From NCBI GenBank assembly GCA_964057225.1, contig OZ059900.1:3596001-3660000 (forward strand): a DNA stretch of 64,000 bases, written 5' to 3'. Below, piece after piece: positions 27,215 through 41,730 of this stretch. A program made the position numbers and the translations under genes. The notes beneath the pieces are model-generated. The model searched no databases. It was not told the origin of the DNA and saw only the letters and a program-made list of their open reading frames with translations. Numbering within the stretch: position 1 is the stretch's first letter; every line of letters starts with the position of its first letter. The stretch is from Auanema rhodensis. Lineage: Eukaryota; Animalia; Nematoda.

Positions 27215-30200
27215 ATATCAGTGCAAACTCATAAAAATAGACTTATTTCGTGTATTATGTGTTTGTTTCTCGAATCTTAACGAATATGATCAAAATTTAC
27301 AAGTATTACAGATTTTGTACCAAAAATCGGTGAGTATATGGTGTTAAAGGCATAAAAACGACCATACTTAGTGTAGTAATGCATTTGAGTGAAATTCAGT
27401 GATTTACACATTATTAGTGTATATTTGAAGACTTTTGTTATCATAGACAGTAAAACTATGCTTTTGATCATATATATGAGCGATTTAGCCCCATTGGACT
27501 CAAAACTCGGAAAATTCAAAAATTCTTCTATTTTCGACCTTTTTTGATCAAAATGAATATATATCAGTGCAAACTCATAAAAATAGACTGATTTTGTTTA
27601 TTGTGTGTTTGATTTTCAAATCTTAACGAATATGATCAAAATTTACGAGTATTACAGATTTTGTACCAAAAATCGGTGAGTATATGGTGTTAAAGGCATA
27701 AAAACGACCATACTTAGTGTAGTAATGCTATTTGAGCGAAAATCAGTATTTAAACATCACTAGCGTTTAATTGATGATTTTTGTTGTCATAGACAATAAA
27801 ACTATGCTTCTGATCATATAAATGAGCGATTTAGCCAAATTAGACTCAAAACTCGGAAATTTCAAAAATTCTTTCTATTTTCGACCTTTTTTGATCAAAA
27901 TGAATATATATCAGTGCAAGCTCATAAAAATAGACTGATTTTGTGTATTGTATGTTTGATTCTCAAATCTTAACGAATATGATCGAAATTTACGAGTATT
28001 ACAGATTTTGTACCAAAAATCGGTGAGTATATGGTGTTAAAGGCATAAAAACGACCATACTTAGTGTAGTAATGCTATTTGAGCGAAATTCAGTATTTAA
28101 ACATCACTAGCGTTTAATTGATGACTTTTGTTGTCATAGACATTAAAACTATGCTTTTGATCATATAAATGAGCGATTTAGCCAAATTAGACTCAAAACT
28201 CGGAAATTTCAAAAATTCTTTCTATTTTCGACCTTTTTTGATCAAAATGAATATATATCAGTGCAAACTCATAAAAATAGACTGATTTTGTGTATTGTAT
28301 GTTTGATTCTCAAATCTTAAAGAATATGATCGAAATTTACGAGTATTACAGATTTTGTACCAAAAATCGGTGAGTATATGGTGTTAAAGGCATAAAAACG
28401 ACCATACATAGTGTAGTAATGCTATTTGAGTGAAATTCAGTGATTAAATCATTATTAGTGTATATTTGAAGACTTTTGTTATCATAGACAGTAAAACTAT
28501 GCTTTTGATCATATATATGAGCGATTTAGCCCAATTCGACTCAAAACTCGGAAAATTCAAAAATTCTTTCTATTTTCGACCTTTTTTGATCAAAATGAAT
28601 ATATATCAGTGCAAACTCATAAAAATAGACTGATTTTGTTTATTGTGTGTTTGATTTTCAAATCTTAACGAATATGATCAAAATTTACGAGTATTACAGA
28701 TTTTGTACCAAAAATCGGTGAGTATATGGTGTTAAAGGCATAAAAACGACCATACTTAGTGTAGTAATGCTATTTGAGCGAAATTCAGTATTTAAACATC
28801 ACTAGCGTTTAATTGATGACTTTTGTTGTCATAGACATTAAAACTATGCTTTTGATCATATAAATGAGCGATTTAGCCAAATTAGACTCAAAACTCGGAA
28901 ATTTCAAAAATTCTTTCTATTTTCGACCTTTTTTGATCAAAATGAATAAATATCAGTGCAAACTCGTAAAAATAAACTTATTTCGTGTATTGTGTGTTTG
29001 ATTCTCGAATCTCACCGAATATGATCAAAATTTACGAGTATCACAGATTTTGTACCAAAAATCGGTGAGTATATGGTGTTAAAGGCATAAAAACGACCAT
29101 ACTTAGTGTAGTAATGCTATTTGAGCGAAATTCAGTATTTAAACATCACTAGCGTTTAATTGATGACTTTTGTTGTCATAGACATTAAAACTATGCTTTT
29201 GATCATATAAATGAGCGATTTAGCCAAATTAGACTCAAAACTCGGAAATTTCAAAAATTCTTTCTATTTTCGACCTTTTTTGATCAAAATGAATAAATAT
29301 CAGTGCAAACTCGTAAAAATAAACTTATTTCGTGTATTGTGTGTTTGATTCTCGAATCTCACCGAATATGATCAAAATTTACGAGTATCACAGATTTTGT
29401 ACCAAAAATCGGTGAGTATATGGTGTTAAAGGCATAAAAACGACCATACTTAGTGTAGTAATGCTATTAGAGCGAAATTCAGTATTTAAACATCACTAGC
29501 GTTTAATTGATGACTTTTGTTGTCATAGACATTAAAACTATGCTTTTGATCATATAAATGAGCGATTTAGCCAAATTAGACTCAAAACTCGGAAATTTCA
29601 AAAATTCTTTCTATTTTCGACCTTTTTTGATCAAAATGAATAAATATCAGTGCAAACTCGTAAAAATAAACTTATTTCGTGTATTGTGTGTTTGATTCTC
29701 GAATCTCACCGAATATGATCAAAATTTACGAGTATCACAGATTTTGTACCAAAAATCGGTGAGTATATGGTGTTAAAGGCATAAAAACGACCATACTTAG
29801 TGTAGTAATGCTATTTGAGCGAAATTCAGTATTTAAACATCACTAGCGTTTAATTGATGACTTTTGTTGTCATAGACATTAAAACTATGCTTTTGATCAT
29901 ATAAATGAGCGATTTAGCCAAATTAGACTCAAAACTCGGAAATTTCAAAAATTCTTTCTATTTTCGACCTTTTTTGATCAAAATGAATAAATATCAGTGC
30001 AAACTCATAAAAATAGACTGATTTTGTGTATTGTATGTTTGATTCTCAAATCTTAACGAATATGATCGAAATTTACGAGTATTACAGATTTTGTACCAAA
30101 AATCGGTGAGTATATGGTGTTAAAGGCATAAAAACGACCATACATAGTGTAGTAATGCTATTTGAGTGAAATTCAGTGATTAAATCATTATTAGTGTATA

Positions 30201-33200
30201 TTTGAAGACTTTTGTTATCATAGACAGTAAAACTATGCTTTTGATCATATATATGAGCGATTTAGCCCAATTCGACTCAAAACTCGGAAAATTCAAAAAT
30301 TCTTTCTATTTTCGACCTTTTTTGATCAAAATGAATATATATCAGTGCAAACTCATAAAAATAGACTGATTTTGTTTATTGTGTGTTTGATTTTCGAATC
30401 TTAACGAATATGATCAAAATTTACGAGTATTACAGATTTTGTACCAAAAATCGGTGAGTATATGGTGTTAAAGGCATAAAAACGACCATACTTAGTGTAG
30501 TAATGCTATTTGAGCGAAATTCAGTATTTAAACATCACTAGCGTTTAATTGATGACTTTTGTTGTCATAGACATTAAAACTATGCTTTTGATCATATAAA
30601 TGAGCGATTTAGCCAAATTAGACTCAAAACTCGGAAATTTCAAAAATTCTTTCTATTTTCGACCTTTTTTGATCAAAATGAATAAATATCAGTGCAAACT
30701 CAAAAAAATAGACTTATTTCGTGTATTATGTGTTTGATTCTCGAATCTCACCGAATATGATCAAAATTTACGAGTATCACAGATTTTGTACCAAAAATCG
30801 GTGAGTATATGGTGTTAAAGGCATAAAAACGACCATACTTAGTGTAGTAATGCTATTTGAGTGAAATTCAGTGATTTAATCATTATTAGTTTATATTTGA
30901 AGACTTTTGTTATCATAGACAGTAAAACTATGCTTTTGATCATATATATGAGCGATTTAGCCAAATTAGACTCAAAACTCGGAAATTTCAAAAATTCTTT
31001 CTATTTTCGACCTTTTTTGATCAAAATGAATAAATATCAGTGCAAACTCATAAAAATAGACTTATTTCGTGTATTATGTGTTTGTTTCTCGAATCTTAAC
31101 GAATATGATCAAAATTTACAAGTATTACAGATTTTGTACCAAAAATCGGTGAGTATATGGTGTTAAAGGCATAAAAACGACCATACTTAGTGTAGTAATG
31201 CATTTGAGTGAAATTCAGTGATTTACACATTATTAGTGTATATTTGAAGACTTTTGTTATCATAGACAGTAAAACTATGCTTTTGATCATATATATGAGC
31301 GATTTAGCCCCATTGGACTCAAAACTCGGAAAATTCAAAAATTCTTCTATTTTCGACCTTTTTTGATCAAAATGAATATATATCAGTGCAAACTCATAAA
31401 AATAGACTGATTTTGTTTATTGTGTGTTTGATTTTCAAATCTTAACGAATATGATCAAAATTTACGAGTATTACAGATTTTGTACCAAAAATCGGTGAGT
31501 ATATGGTGTTAAAGGCATAAAAACGACCATACTTAGTGTAGTAATGCTATTTGAGCGAAAATCAGTATTTAAACATCACTAGCGTTTAATTGATGATTTT
31601 TGTTGTCATAGACAATAAAACTATGCTTCTGATCATATAAATGAGCGATTTAGCCAAATTAGACTCAAAACTCGGAAATTTCAAAAATTCTTTCTATTTT
31701 CGACCTTTTTTGATCAAAATGAATATATATCAGTGCAAACTCATAAAAATAGACTTATTTCGTGTATTATGTGTTTGTTTCTCGAATCTTAACGAATATG
31801 ATCAAAATTTACAAGTATTACAGATTTTGTACCAAAAATCGGTGAGTATATGGTGTTAAAGGCATAAAAACGACCATACTTAGTGTAGTAATGCATTTGA
31901 GTGAAATTCAGTGATTTACACATTATTAGTGTATATTTGAAGACTTTTGTTATCATAGACAGTAAAACTATGCTTTTGATCATATATATGAGCGATTTAG
32001 CCCCATTGGACTCAAAACTCGGAAAATTCAAAAATTCTTCTATTTTCGACCTTTTTTGATCAAAATGAATATATATCAGTGCAAACTCATAAAAATAGAC
32101 TGATTTTGTTTATTGTGTGTTTGATTTTCAAATCTTAACGAATATGATCAAAATTTACGAGTATTACAGATTTTGTACCAAAAATCGGTGAGTATATGGT
32201 GTTAAAGGCATAAAAACGACCATACTTAGTGTAGTAATGCTATTTGAGCGAAAATCAGTATTTAAACATCACTAGCGTTTAATTGATGATTTTTGTTGTC
32301 ATAGACAATAAAACTATGCTTCTGATCATATAAATGAGCGATTTAGCCAAATTAGACTCAAAACTCGGAAATTTCAAAAATTCTTTCTATTTTCGACCTT
32401 TTTTGATCAAAATGAATATATATCAGTGCAAGCTCATAAAAATAGACTGATTTTGTGTATTGTATGTTTGATTCTCAAATCTTAACGAATATGATCGAAA
32501 TTTACGAGTATTACAGATTTTGTACCAAAAATCGGTGAGTATATGGTGTTAAAGGCATAAAAACGACCATACTTAGTGTAGTAATGCTATTTGAGCGAAA
32601 TTCAGTATTTAAACATCACTAGCGTTTAATTGATGACTTTTGTTGTCATAGACATTAAAACTATGCTTTTGATCATATAAATGAGCGATTTAGCCAAATT
32701 AGACTCAAAACTCGGAAATTTCAAAAATTCTTTCTATTTTCGACCTTTTTTGATCAAAATGAATATATATCAGTGCAAACTCATAAAAATAGACTGATTT
32801 TGTGTATTGTATGTTTGATTCTCAAATCTTAAAGAATATGATCGAAATTTACGAGTATTACAGATTTTGTACCAAAAATCGGTGAGTATATGGTGTTAAA
32901 GGCATAAAAACGACCATACATAGTGTAGTAATGCTATTTGAGTGAAATTCAGTGATTAAATCATTATTAGTGTATATTTGAAGACTTTTGTTATCATAGA
33001 CAGTAAAACTATGCTTTTGATCATATATATGAGCGATTTAGCCCAATTCGACTCAAAACTCGGAAAATTCAAAAATTCTTTCTATTTTCGACCTTTTTTG
33101 ATCAAAATGAATATATATCAGTGCAAACTCATAAAAATAGACTGATTTTGTTTATTGTGTGTTTGATTTTCAAATCTTAACGAATATGATCAAAATTTAC

Positions 33201-35800
33201 GAGTATTACAGATTTTGTACCAAAAATCGGTGAGTATATGGTGTTAAAGGCATAAAAACGACCATACTTAGTGTAGTAATGCTATTTGAGCGAAATTCAG
33301 TATTTAAACATCACTAGCGTTTAATTGATGACTTTTGTTGTCATAGACATTAAAACTATGCTTTTGATCATATAAATGAGCGATTTAGCCAAATTAGACT
33401 CAAAACTCGGAAATTTCAAAAATTCTTTCTATTTTCGACCTTTTTTGATCAAAATGAATAAATATCAGTGCAAACTCGTAAAAATAAACTTATTTCGTGT
33501 ATTGTGTGTTTGATTCTCGAATCTCACCGAATATGATCAAAATTTACGAGTATCACAGATTTTGTACCAAAAATCGGTGAGTATATGGTGTTAAAGGCAT
33601 AAAAACGACCATACTTAGTGTAGTAATGCTATTTGAGCGAAATTCAGTATTTAAACATCACTAGCGTTTAATTGATGACTTTTGTTGTCATAGACATTAA
33701 AACTATGCTTTTGATCATATAAATGAGCGATTTAGCCAAATTAGACTCAAAACTCGGAAATTTCAAAAATTCTTTCTATTTTCGACCTTTTTTGATCAAA
33801 ATGAATAAATATCAGTGCAAACTCGTAAAAATAAACTTATTTCGTGTATTGTGTGTTTGATTCTCGAATCTCACCGAATATGATCAAAATTTACGAGTAT
33901 CACAGATTTTGTACCAAAAATCGGTGAGTATATGGTGTTAAAGGCATAAAAACGACCATACTTAGTGTAGTAATGCTATTAGAGCGAAATTCAGTATTTA
34001 AACATCACTAGCGTTTAATTGATGACTTTTGTTGTCATAGACATTAAAACTATGCTTTTGATCATATAAATGAGCGATTTAGCCAAATTAGACTCAAAAC
34101 TCGGAAATTTCAAAAATTCTTTCTATTTTCGACCTTTTTTGATCAAAATGAATAAATATCAGTGCAAACTCGTAAAAATAAACTTATTTCGTGTATTGTG
34201 TGTTTGATTCTCGAATCTCACCGAATATGATCAAAATTTACGAGTATCACAGATTTTGTACCAAAAATCGGTGAGTATATGGTGTTAAAGGCATAAAAAC
34301 GACCATACTTAGTGTAGTAATGCTATTTGAGCGAAATTCAGTATTTAAACATCACTAGCGTTTAATTGATGACTTTTGTTGTCATAGACATTAAAACTAT
34401 GCTTTTGATCATATAAATGAGCGATTTAGCCAAATTAGACTCAAAACTCGGAAATTTCAAAAATTCTTTCTATTTTCGACCTTTTTTGATCAAAATGAAT
34501 AAATATCAGTGCAAACTCATAAAAATAGACTGATTTTGTGTATTGTATGTTTGATTCTCAAATCTTAACGAATATGATCGAAATTTACGAGTATTACAGA
34601 TTTTGTACCAAAAATCGGTGAGTATATGGTGTTAAAGGCATAAAAACGACCATACATAGTGTAGTAATGCTATTTGAGTGAAATTCAGTGATTAAATCAT
34701 TATTAGTGTATATTTGAAGACTTTTGTTATCATAGACAGTAAAACTATGCTTTTGATCATATATATGAGCGATTTAGCCCAATTCGACTCAAAACTCGGA
34801 AAATTCAAAAATTCTTTCTATTTTCGACCTTTTTTGATCAAAATGAATATATATCAGTGCAAACTCATAAAAATAGACTGATTTTGTTTATTGTGTGTTT
34901 GATTTTCGAATCTTAACGAATATGATCAAAATTTACGAGTATTACAGATTTTGTACCAAAAATCGGTGAGTATATGGTGTTAAAGGCATAAAAACGACCA
35001 TACTTAGTGTAGTAATGCTATTTGAGCGAAATTCAGTATTTAAACATCACTAGCGTTTAATTGATGACTTTTGTTGTCATAGACATTAAAACTATGCTTT
35101 TGATCATATAAATGAGCGATTTAGCCAAATTAGACTCAAAACTCGGAAATTTCAAAAATTCTTTCTATTTTCGACCTTTTTTGATCAAAATGAATAAATA
35201 TCAGTGCAAACTCAAAAAAATAGACTTATTTCGTGTATTATGTGTTTGATTCTCGAATCTCACCGAATATGATCAAAATTTACGAGTATCACAGATTTTG
35301 TACCAAAAATCGGTGAGTATATGGTGTTAAAGGCATAAAAACGACCATACTTAGTGTAGTAATGCTATTTGAGTGAAATTCAGTGATTTAATCATTATTA
35401 GTTTATATTTGAAGACTTTTGTTATCATAGACAGTAAAACTATGCTTTTGATCATATATATGAGCGATTTAGCCAAATTAGACTCAAAACTCGGAAATTT
35501 CAAAAATTCTTTCTATTTTCGACCTTTTTTGATCAAAATGAATAAATATCAGTGCAAACTCATAAAAATAGACTTATTTCGTGTATTATGTGTTTGTTTC
35601 TCGAATCTTAACGAATATGATCAAAATTTACAAGTATTACAGATTTTGTACCAAAAATCGGTGAGTATATGGTGTTAAAGGCATAAAAACGACCATACTT
35701 AGTGTAGTAATGCATTTGAGTGAAATTCAGTGATTTACACATTATTAGTGTATATTTGAAGACTTTTGTTATCATAGACAGTAAAACTATGCTTTTGATC
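27215..35800. repeat. Tandem 13-monomer duplication, period 4512 bp (~1.9 copies)
   Basis: ORF pairs 27277/31789, 30861/35373 and 31096/35608 are all offset by 4512. The private variant ctcaaaaaaatagac occurs at 30699 and 35211. Confidence 0.9.
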
Positions 35801-37149
35801 ATATATGAGCGATTTAGCCCAATTGGACTCAAAACTCGGAAAATTCAAAAATTCTTCTATTTTCGACCTTTTTTGATCAAAATGAATATATATCAGTGCA
35901 AACTCGTAAAAATAAACTTATTTCGTGTATTGTGTGTTTGATTCTCGAATCTCACCGAATATGATCAAAATTTACGAGTATCACAGATTTTGTACCAAAA
36001 ATCGGTGAGTATATGGTGTTAAAGGCATAAAAACGACCATACTTAGTGTAGTAATGCTATTTGAGTGAAATTCAGTGATTTAATCATTATTAGTTTATAT
36101 TTGAAGACTTTTGTTATCATAGACAGTAAAACTATGCTTTTGATCATATATATGAGCGATTTAGCCCAATTGGACTCAAAACTCGGAAAATTCAAAAATT
36201 CTTCTATTTTCGACCTTTTTTGATCAAAATGAATATATATCAGTGCAAACTCATAAAAATAGACTGATTTTGTGTATTGTATGTTTGATTCTCAAATCTT
36301 AACGAATATGATCGAAATTTACGAGTATTACAGATTTTGTACCAAAAATCGGTGAGTATATGGTGTTAAAGGCATAAAAACGACCATACTTAGTGTAGTA
36401 ATGCTATTTGAGCGAAATTCAGTATTTAAACATCACTAGCGTTTAATTGATGACTTGTGTTGTCATAGACAATAAAACTATGCTTTTGATCATATATATG
36501 AGCGATTTAGCCAAATTAGACTCAAAACTCGGAAATTTCAAAAATTCTTTCTATTTTCGACCTTTTTTGATCAAAATGAATAAATATCATTGCAAACTCG
36601 TAAAAATAGACTTATTTCGTGTATTATGTGTTTGATTCTCGAATCTTAACAAATATGATCAAAATTTACGAGTATTACAGATTTTGTACCAAAAATCGGT
36701 GAGTATATGGTGTTAAAGGCATAAAAACGACCATACTTAGTGTAGTAATGCTATTTGAGTGAAATTCAGTGATTTACACATTATTAGTGTATATTTGAAG
36801 ACTTTTGTTATCATAGACAGTAAAACTATGCTTTTGATCATATATATGAGCGATTTAGCCAAATTAGACTCAAAACTCGGAAATTTCAAAAATTCTTTCT
36901 ATTTTCGACCTTTTTTGATCAAAATGAATAATTATCAGTGCAAACTCGTAAAAATAAACTTATTTCGTGTATTGTGTGTTTGATTCTCAAATCTCACCGA
37001 ATATGATCAAAATTTACGAGTATCACAGATTTTGTACCAAAAATCGGTGAGTATATGGTGTTAAAGGCATAAAAACGACCATACTTAGTGTAGTAATGCT
37101 ATTTGAGCGAAATTCAGTATTTAAACATCACTAGCGTTTAATTGATGAC

Positions 37150-39900
37150 TTTTGTTGTCATAGACAATAAAACTATGCTTTTGATCATATATATGAGCGA
37201 TTTAGCCAAATTAGACTCAAAACTCGGAAATTTCAAAAATTCTTTCTATTTTAGACCTTTTTTGATCAAAATGAATAAATATCAGTGCAAACTCGTAAAA
37301 ATAGACTGATTTTGTGTATTGTATGTTTGATTCTCAAATCTTAACGAATATGATCAAAATTTACGAGTATTACAGATTTTGTACCAAAAATCGGTGAGTA
37401 TATGGTGTTAAAGGCATAAAAACGACCATACTTAGTGTAGTAATGCTATTTGAGCGAAATTCAGTATTTAAACATTACTAACGTTTAATTGATGACTTTT
37501 GTTGTTATAGACAATAAAACTATGTTTTTGATCATATATATGAGCGATTTAGCCAAATTGGACTCAAAACTCGGAAATTTCAAAAATTCTTTCTATTTTC
37601 GACCTTTTTTGATCAAAATGAATAAATATCAGTGCAAACTTGTAAAAATAGACTTATTTTGTGTATTATGTGTTTGATTCTCGAATCTTAACAAATATGA
37701 TCAAAATTTACAAGTATTACAGATTTTGTACCAAAAATCGGTGAGTATATGGTGTTAAAGGCATAAAAACGACCATACTTAGTGTAGTAATGCTATTTGA
37801 GTGAAATTCAGTGATTTAATCATTATTGGTGTATATTTGAAGACTTTTGTTATCATAGACAGTAAAACTATGCTTTTGATCATATATATGAGCGATTTAG
37901 CCCAATTCGACTCAAAACTCGGAAAATTCAAAAATTCTTTCTATTTTCGACCTTTTTTGATGAAAATGAATATATATCAGTGTAAACTCATAAAAATAGA
38001 CTGATTTTGTGTATTGTGTGTTTGATTCTCAAATCTTAACAAATATGATCAAATTTTACGAGTATTACAGATTTTGTACCAAAAATCGGTGAGTATATGG
38101 TGTTAAAGGCATAAAAACGACCATACTTAGTGTAGTAATGCTATTTGAGTGAAATTCAGTGATTTAATCATTATTAGTTTATATTTGAAGACTTTTGTTA
38201 TCATAGACAGTAAAACTATGCTTTTGATCATATATATGAGCGATTTAGCCCAATTGGACTCAAAACTCGGAAAATTCAAAAATTCTTCTATTTTCGACCT
38301 TTTTTGATCAAAATGAATATATATCAGTGCAAACTCATAAAAATAGACTGATTTTGTGTATTGTATGTTTGATTCTCAAATCTTAACGAATATGATCAAA
38401 ATTTACGAGTATTACAGATTTTGTACCAAAAATCGGTGAGTATATGGTGTTAAAGGCATAAAAACGACCATACTTAGTGTAGTAATGCTATTTGAGCGAA
38501 ATTCAGTATTTAAACATTACTAGCGTTTAATTGATGACTTTTGTTGTCATAGACAATAAAACTATGCTTTTGATCATATATATGAGCGATTTAGCCAAAT
38601 TAGACTCAAAACTCGGAAATTTCAAAAATTCTTTCTATTTTAGACCTTTTTTGATCAAAATGAATAAATATCAGTGCAAACTCGTAAAAATAGACTGATT
38701 TTGTGTATTGTATGTTTGATTCTCAAATCTTAACGAATATGATCAAAATTTACGAGTATTACAGATTTTGTACCAAAAATCGGTGAGTATATGGTGTTAA
38801 AGGCATAAAAACGACCATACTTAGTGTAGTAATGCTATTTGAGCGAAATTCAGTATTTAAACATTACTAACGTTTAATTGATGACTTTTGTTGTTATAGA
38901 CAATAAAACTATGTTTTTGATCATATATATGAGCGATTTAGCCAAATTGGACTCAAAACTCGGAAATTTCAAAAATTCTTTCTATTTTCGACCTTTTTTG
39001 ATCAAAATGAATAAATATCAGTGCAAACTTGTAAAAATAGACTTATTTTGTGTATTATGTGTTTGATTCTCGAATCTTAACAAATATGATCAAAATTTAC
39101 AAGTATTACAGATTTTGTACCAAAAATCGGTGAGTATATGGTGTTAAAGGCATAAAAACGACCATACTTAGTGTAGTAATGCTATTTGAGTGAAATTCAG
39201 TGATTTAATCATTATTGGTGTATATTTGAAGACTTTTGTTATCATAGACAGTAAAACTATGCTTTTGATCATATATATGAGCGATTTAGCCCAATTCGAC
39301 TCAAAACTCGGAAAATTCAAAAATTCTTTCTATTTTCGACCTTTTTTGATGAAAATGAATATATATCAGTGTAAACTCATAAAAATAGACTGATTTTGTG
39401 TATTGTGTGTTTGATTCTCAAATCTTAACAAATATGATCAAATTTTACGAGTATTACAGATTTTGTACCAAAAATCGGTGAGTATATGGTGTTAAAGGCA
39501 TAAAAACGACCATACTTAGTGTAGTAATGCTATTTGAGTGAAATTCAGTGATTTAATCATTATTAGTTTATATTTGAAGACTTTTGTTATCATAGACAGT
39601 AAAACTATGCTTTTGATCATATATATGAGCGATTTAGCCCAATTGGACTCAAAACTCGGAAAATTCAAAAATTCTTCTATTTTCGACCTTTTTTGATCAA
39701 AATGAATATATATCAGTGCAAACTCATAAAAATAGACTGATTTTGTGTATTGTATGTTTGATTCTCAAATCTTAACAAATATGATCAAAATTTACGAGTA
39801 TTACAGATTTTGTACCAAAAATCGGTGAGTATATGGTGTTAAAGGCATAAAAACGACCATACTTAGTGTAGTAATGCTATTTGAGCGAAATTCAGTATTT
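37150..39900. repeat. Tandem 4-monomer duplication, period 1389 bp
   Basis: ORF pairs 37489/38878 and 37801/39190. Private variants ttagacc (37251/38640), ctaacg (37478/38867) and attggt (37825/39214). Confidence 0.85.
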
Positions 39901-40439
39901 AAACATTACTAGCGTTTAATTGATGACTTTTGTTGTTATAGACAATAAAACTATGTTTTTGATCATATATATGAGCGATTTAGCCAAATTGTACTCAAAA
40001 CTCGGAAATTTCAAAAATTCTTTCTATTTTCGACCTTTTTTGATCAAAATGAATAAATATCAGTGCAAACTTGTAAAAATAGACTTATTTTGTGTATTAT
40101 GTGTTTGATTCTTGAATCTTAAAAAATATGATCAAAATTTACAAGTATTACAGATTTTGTACCAAAAATCGGTGAGTATATGGTGTTAAAGGCATAAAAA
40201 CGACCATACTTAGTGTAGTAATGCTATTTGAGTGAAATTCAGTGATTTAATCATTATTAGTGTATATTTGAAGACTTTTGTTATCATAGACAGTAAAACT
40301 ATGCTTTTGATCATATATATGAGCGATTTAGCCCAATTCGACTCAAAACTCGGAAAATTCAAAAATTCTTTCTATTTTCGACCTTTTTTGATCAAAATGA
40401 ATATATATCAGTGCAAACTCATAAAAATAGACTGCTTTT

Positions 40440-41730
40440 GTGTATTGTGTGTTTGATTCTCAAATCTTAACAAATATGATCAAATTTTACGAGTATTACA
40501 GATTTTGTACCAAAAATCGGTGAGTATATGGTGTTAAAGGCATAAAAACGACCATACTTAGTGTAGTAATGCTATTTGAGCGAAAATCAGTGATTTAATC
40601 ATTATTAGTGTATATTTGAAGACTTTTGTTATCATAGACAGTAAAACTATGCTTTTGATCATATATATGAGCGATTTAGCCCCATTGGACTCAAAACTCG
40701 GAAAATTCAAAAATTCTTCTATTTTCGACCTTTTTTGATCAAAATGAATATATATCAGTGCAAACTCATAAAAATAGACTGATTTTGTTTATTGTGTGTT
40801 TGATTTTCAAAACTTAACGAATATGATCAAAATTTACGAGTATTACAGATTTTGTACCAAAAATCGGTGAGTATATGGTGTTAAAGGCATAAAAACGACC
40901 ATACTTAGTGTAGTAATGCTATTTGAGCGAAAATCAGTATTTAAACATCACTAGCGTTTAATTGATGACTTTTGTTGTCATAGACAATAAAACTATGCTT
41001 CTGATCATATAAATGAGCGATTTAGCCAAATTCGACTCAAAACTCGGAAAATTCAAAAATTCTTTCTATTTTCGACCTTTTTTGATCAAAATGAATATAT
41101 ATCAGTGCAAACTCATAAAAATAGACTGATTTTGTGTATTGTGTGTTTGATTCTCAAATCTTAACAAATATGATCAAATTTTACGAGTATTACAGATTTT
41201 GTACCAAAAATCGGTGAGTATATGGTGTTAAAGGCATAAAAACGACCATACTTAGTGTAGTAATGCTATTTGAGCGAAAATCAGTGATTTAATCATTATT
41301 AGTGTATATTTGAAGACTTTTGTTATCATAGACAGTAAAACTATGCTTTTGATCATATATATGAGCGATTTAGCCCCATTGGACTCAAAACTCGGAAAAT
41401 TCAAAAATTCTTCTATTTTCGACCTTTTTTGATCAAAATGAATATATATCAGTGCAAACTCATAAAAATAGACTGATTTTGTTTATTGTGTGTTTGATTT
41501 TCAAAACTTAACGAATATGATCAAAATTTACGAGTATTACAGATTTTGTACCAAAAATCGGTGAGTATATGGTGTTAAAGGCATAAAAACGACCATACTT
41601 AGTGTAGTAATGCTATTTGAGCGAAAATCAGTATTTAAACATCACTAGCGTTTAATTGATGACTTTTGTTGTCATAGACAATAAAACTATGCTTCTGATC
41701 ATATAAATGAGCGATTTAGCCAAATTAGAC
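40440..41730. repeat. Tandem 2-monomer duplication, period 694 bp
   Basis: Chimeric cgaaaatcagtgatttaatc at 40581 and 41275; private aaaacttaac at 40809 and 41503. Confidence 0.8.

Larger units (their letters stand above)
1..35800. repeat. Left higher-order-repeat domain (5-mer core with 6-, 8- and 10-mer variants)
   Basis: The marker monomer ttgaagatttttg (ORF MKIFVV) recurs at 1746, 5218, 7995, 9730, 16668, 18403, 20484, 22219, 24996, 27078, with steps 3472, 2777, 1735, 6938, 1735, 2081, 1735, 2777, 2082. Confidence 0.85.
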
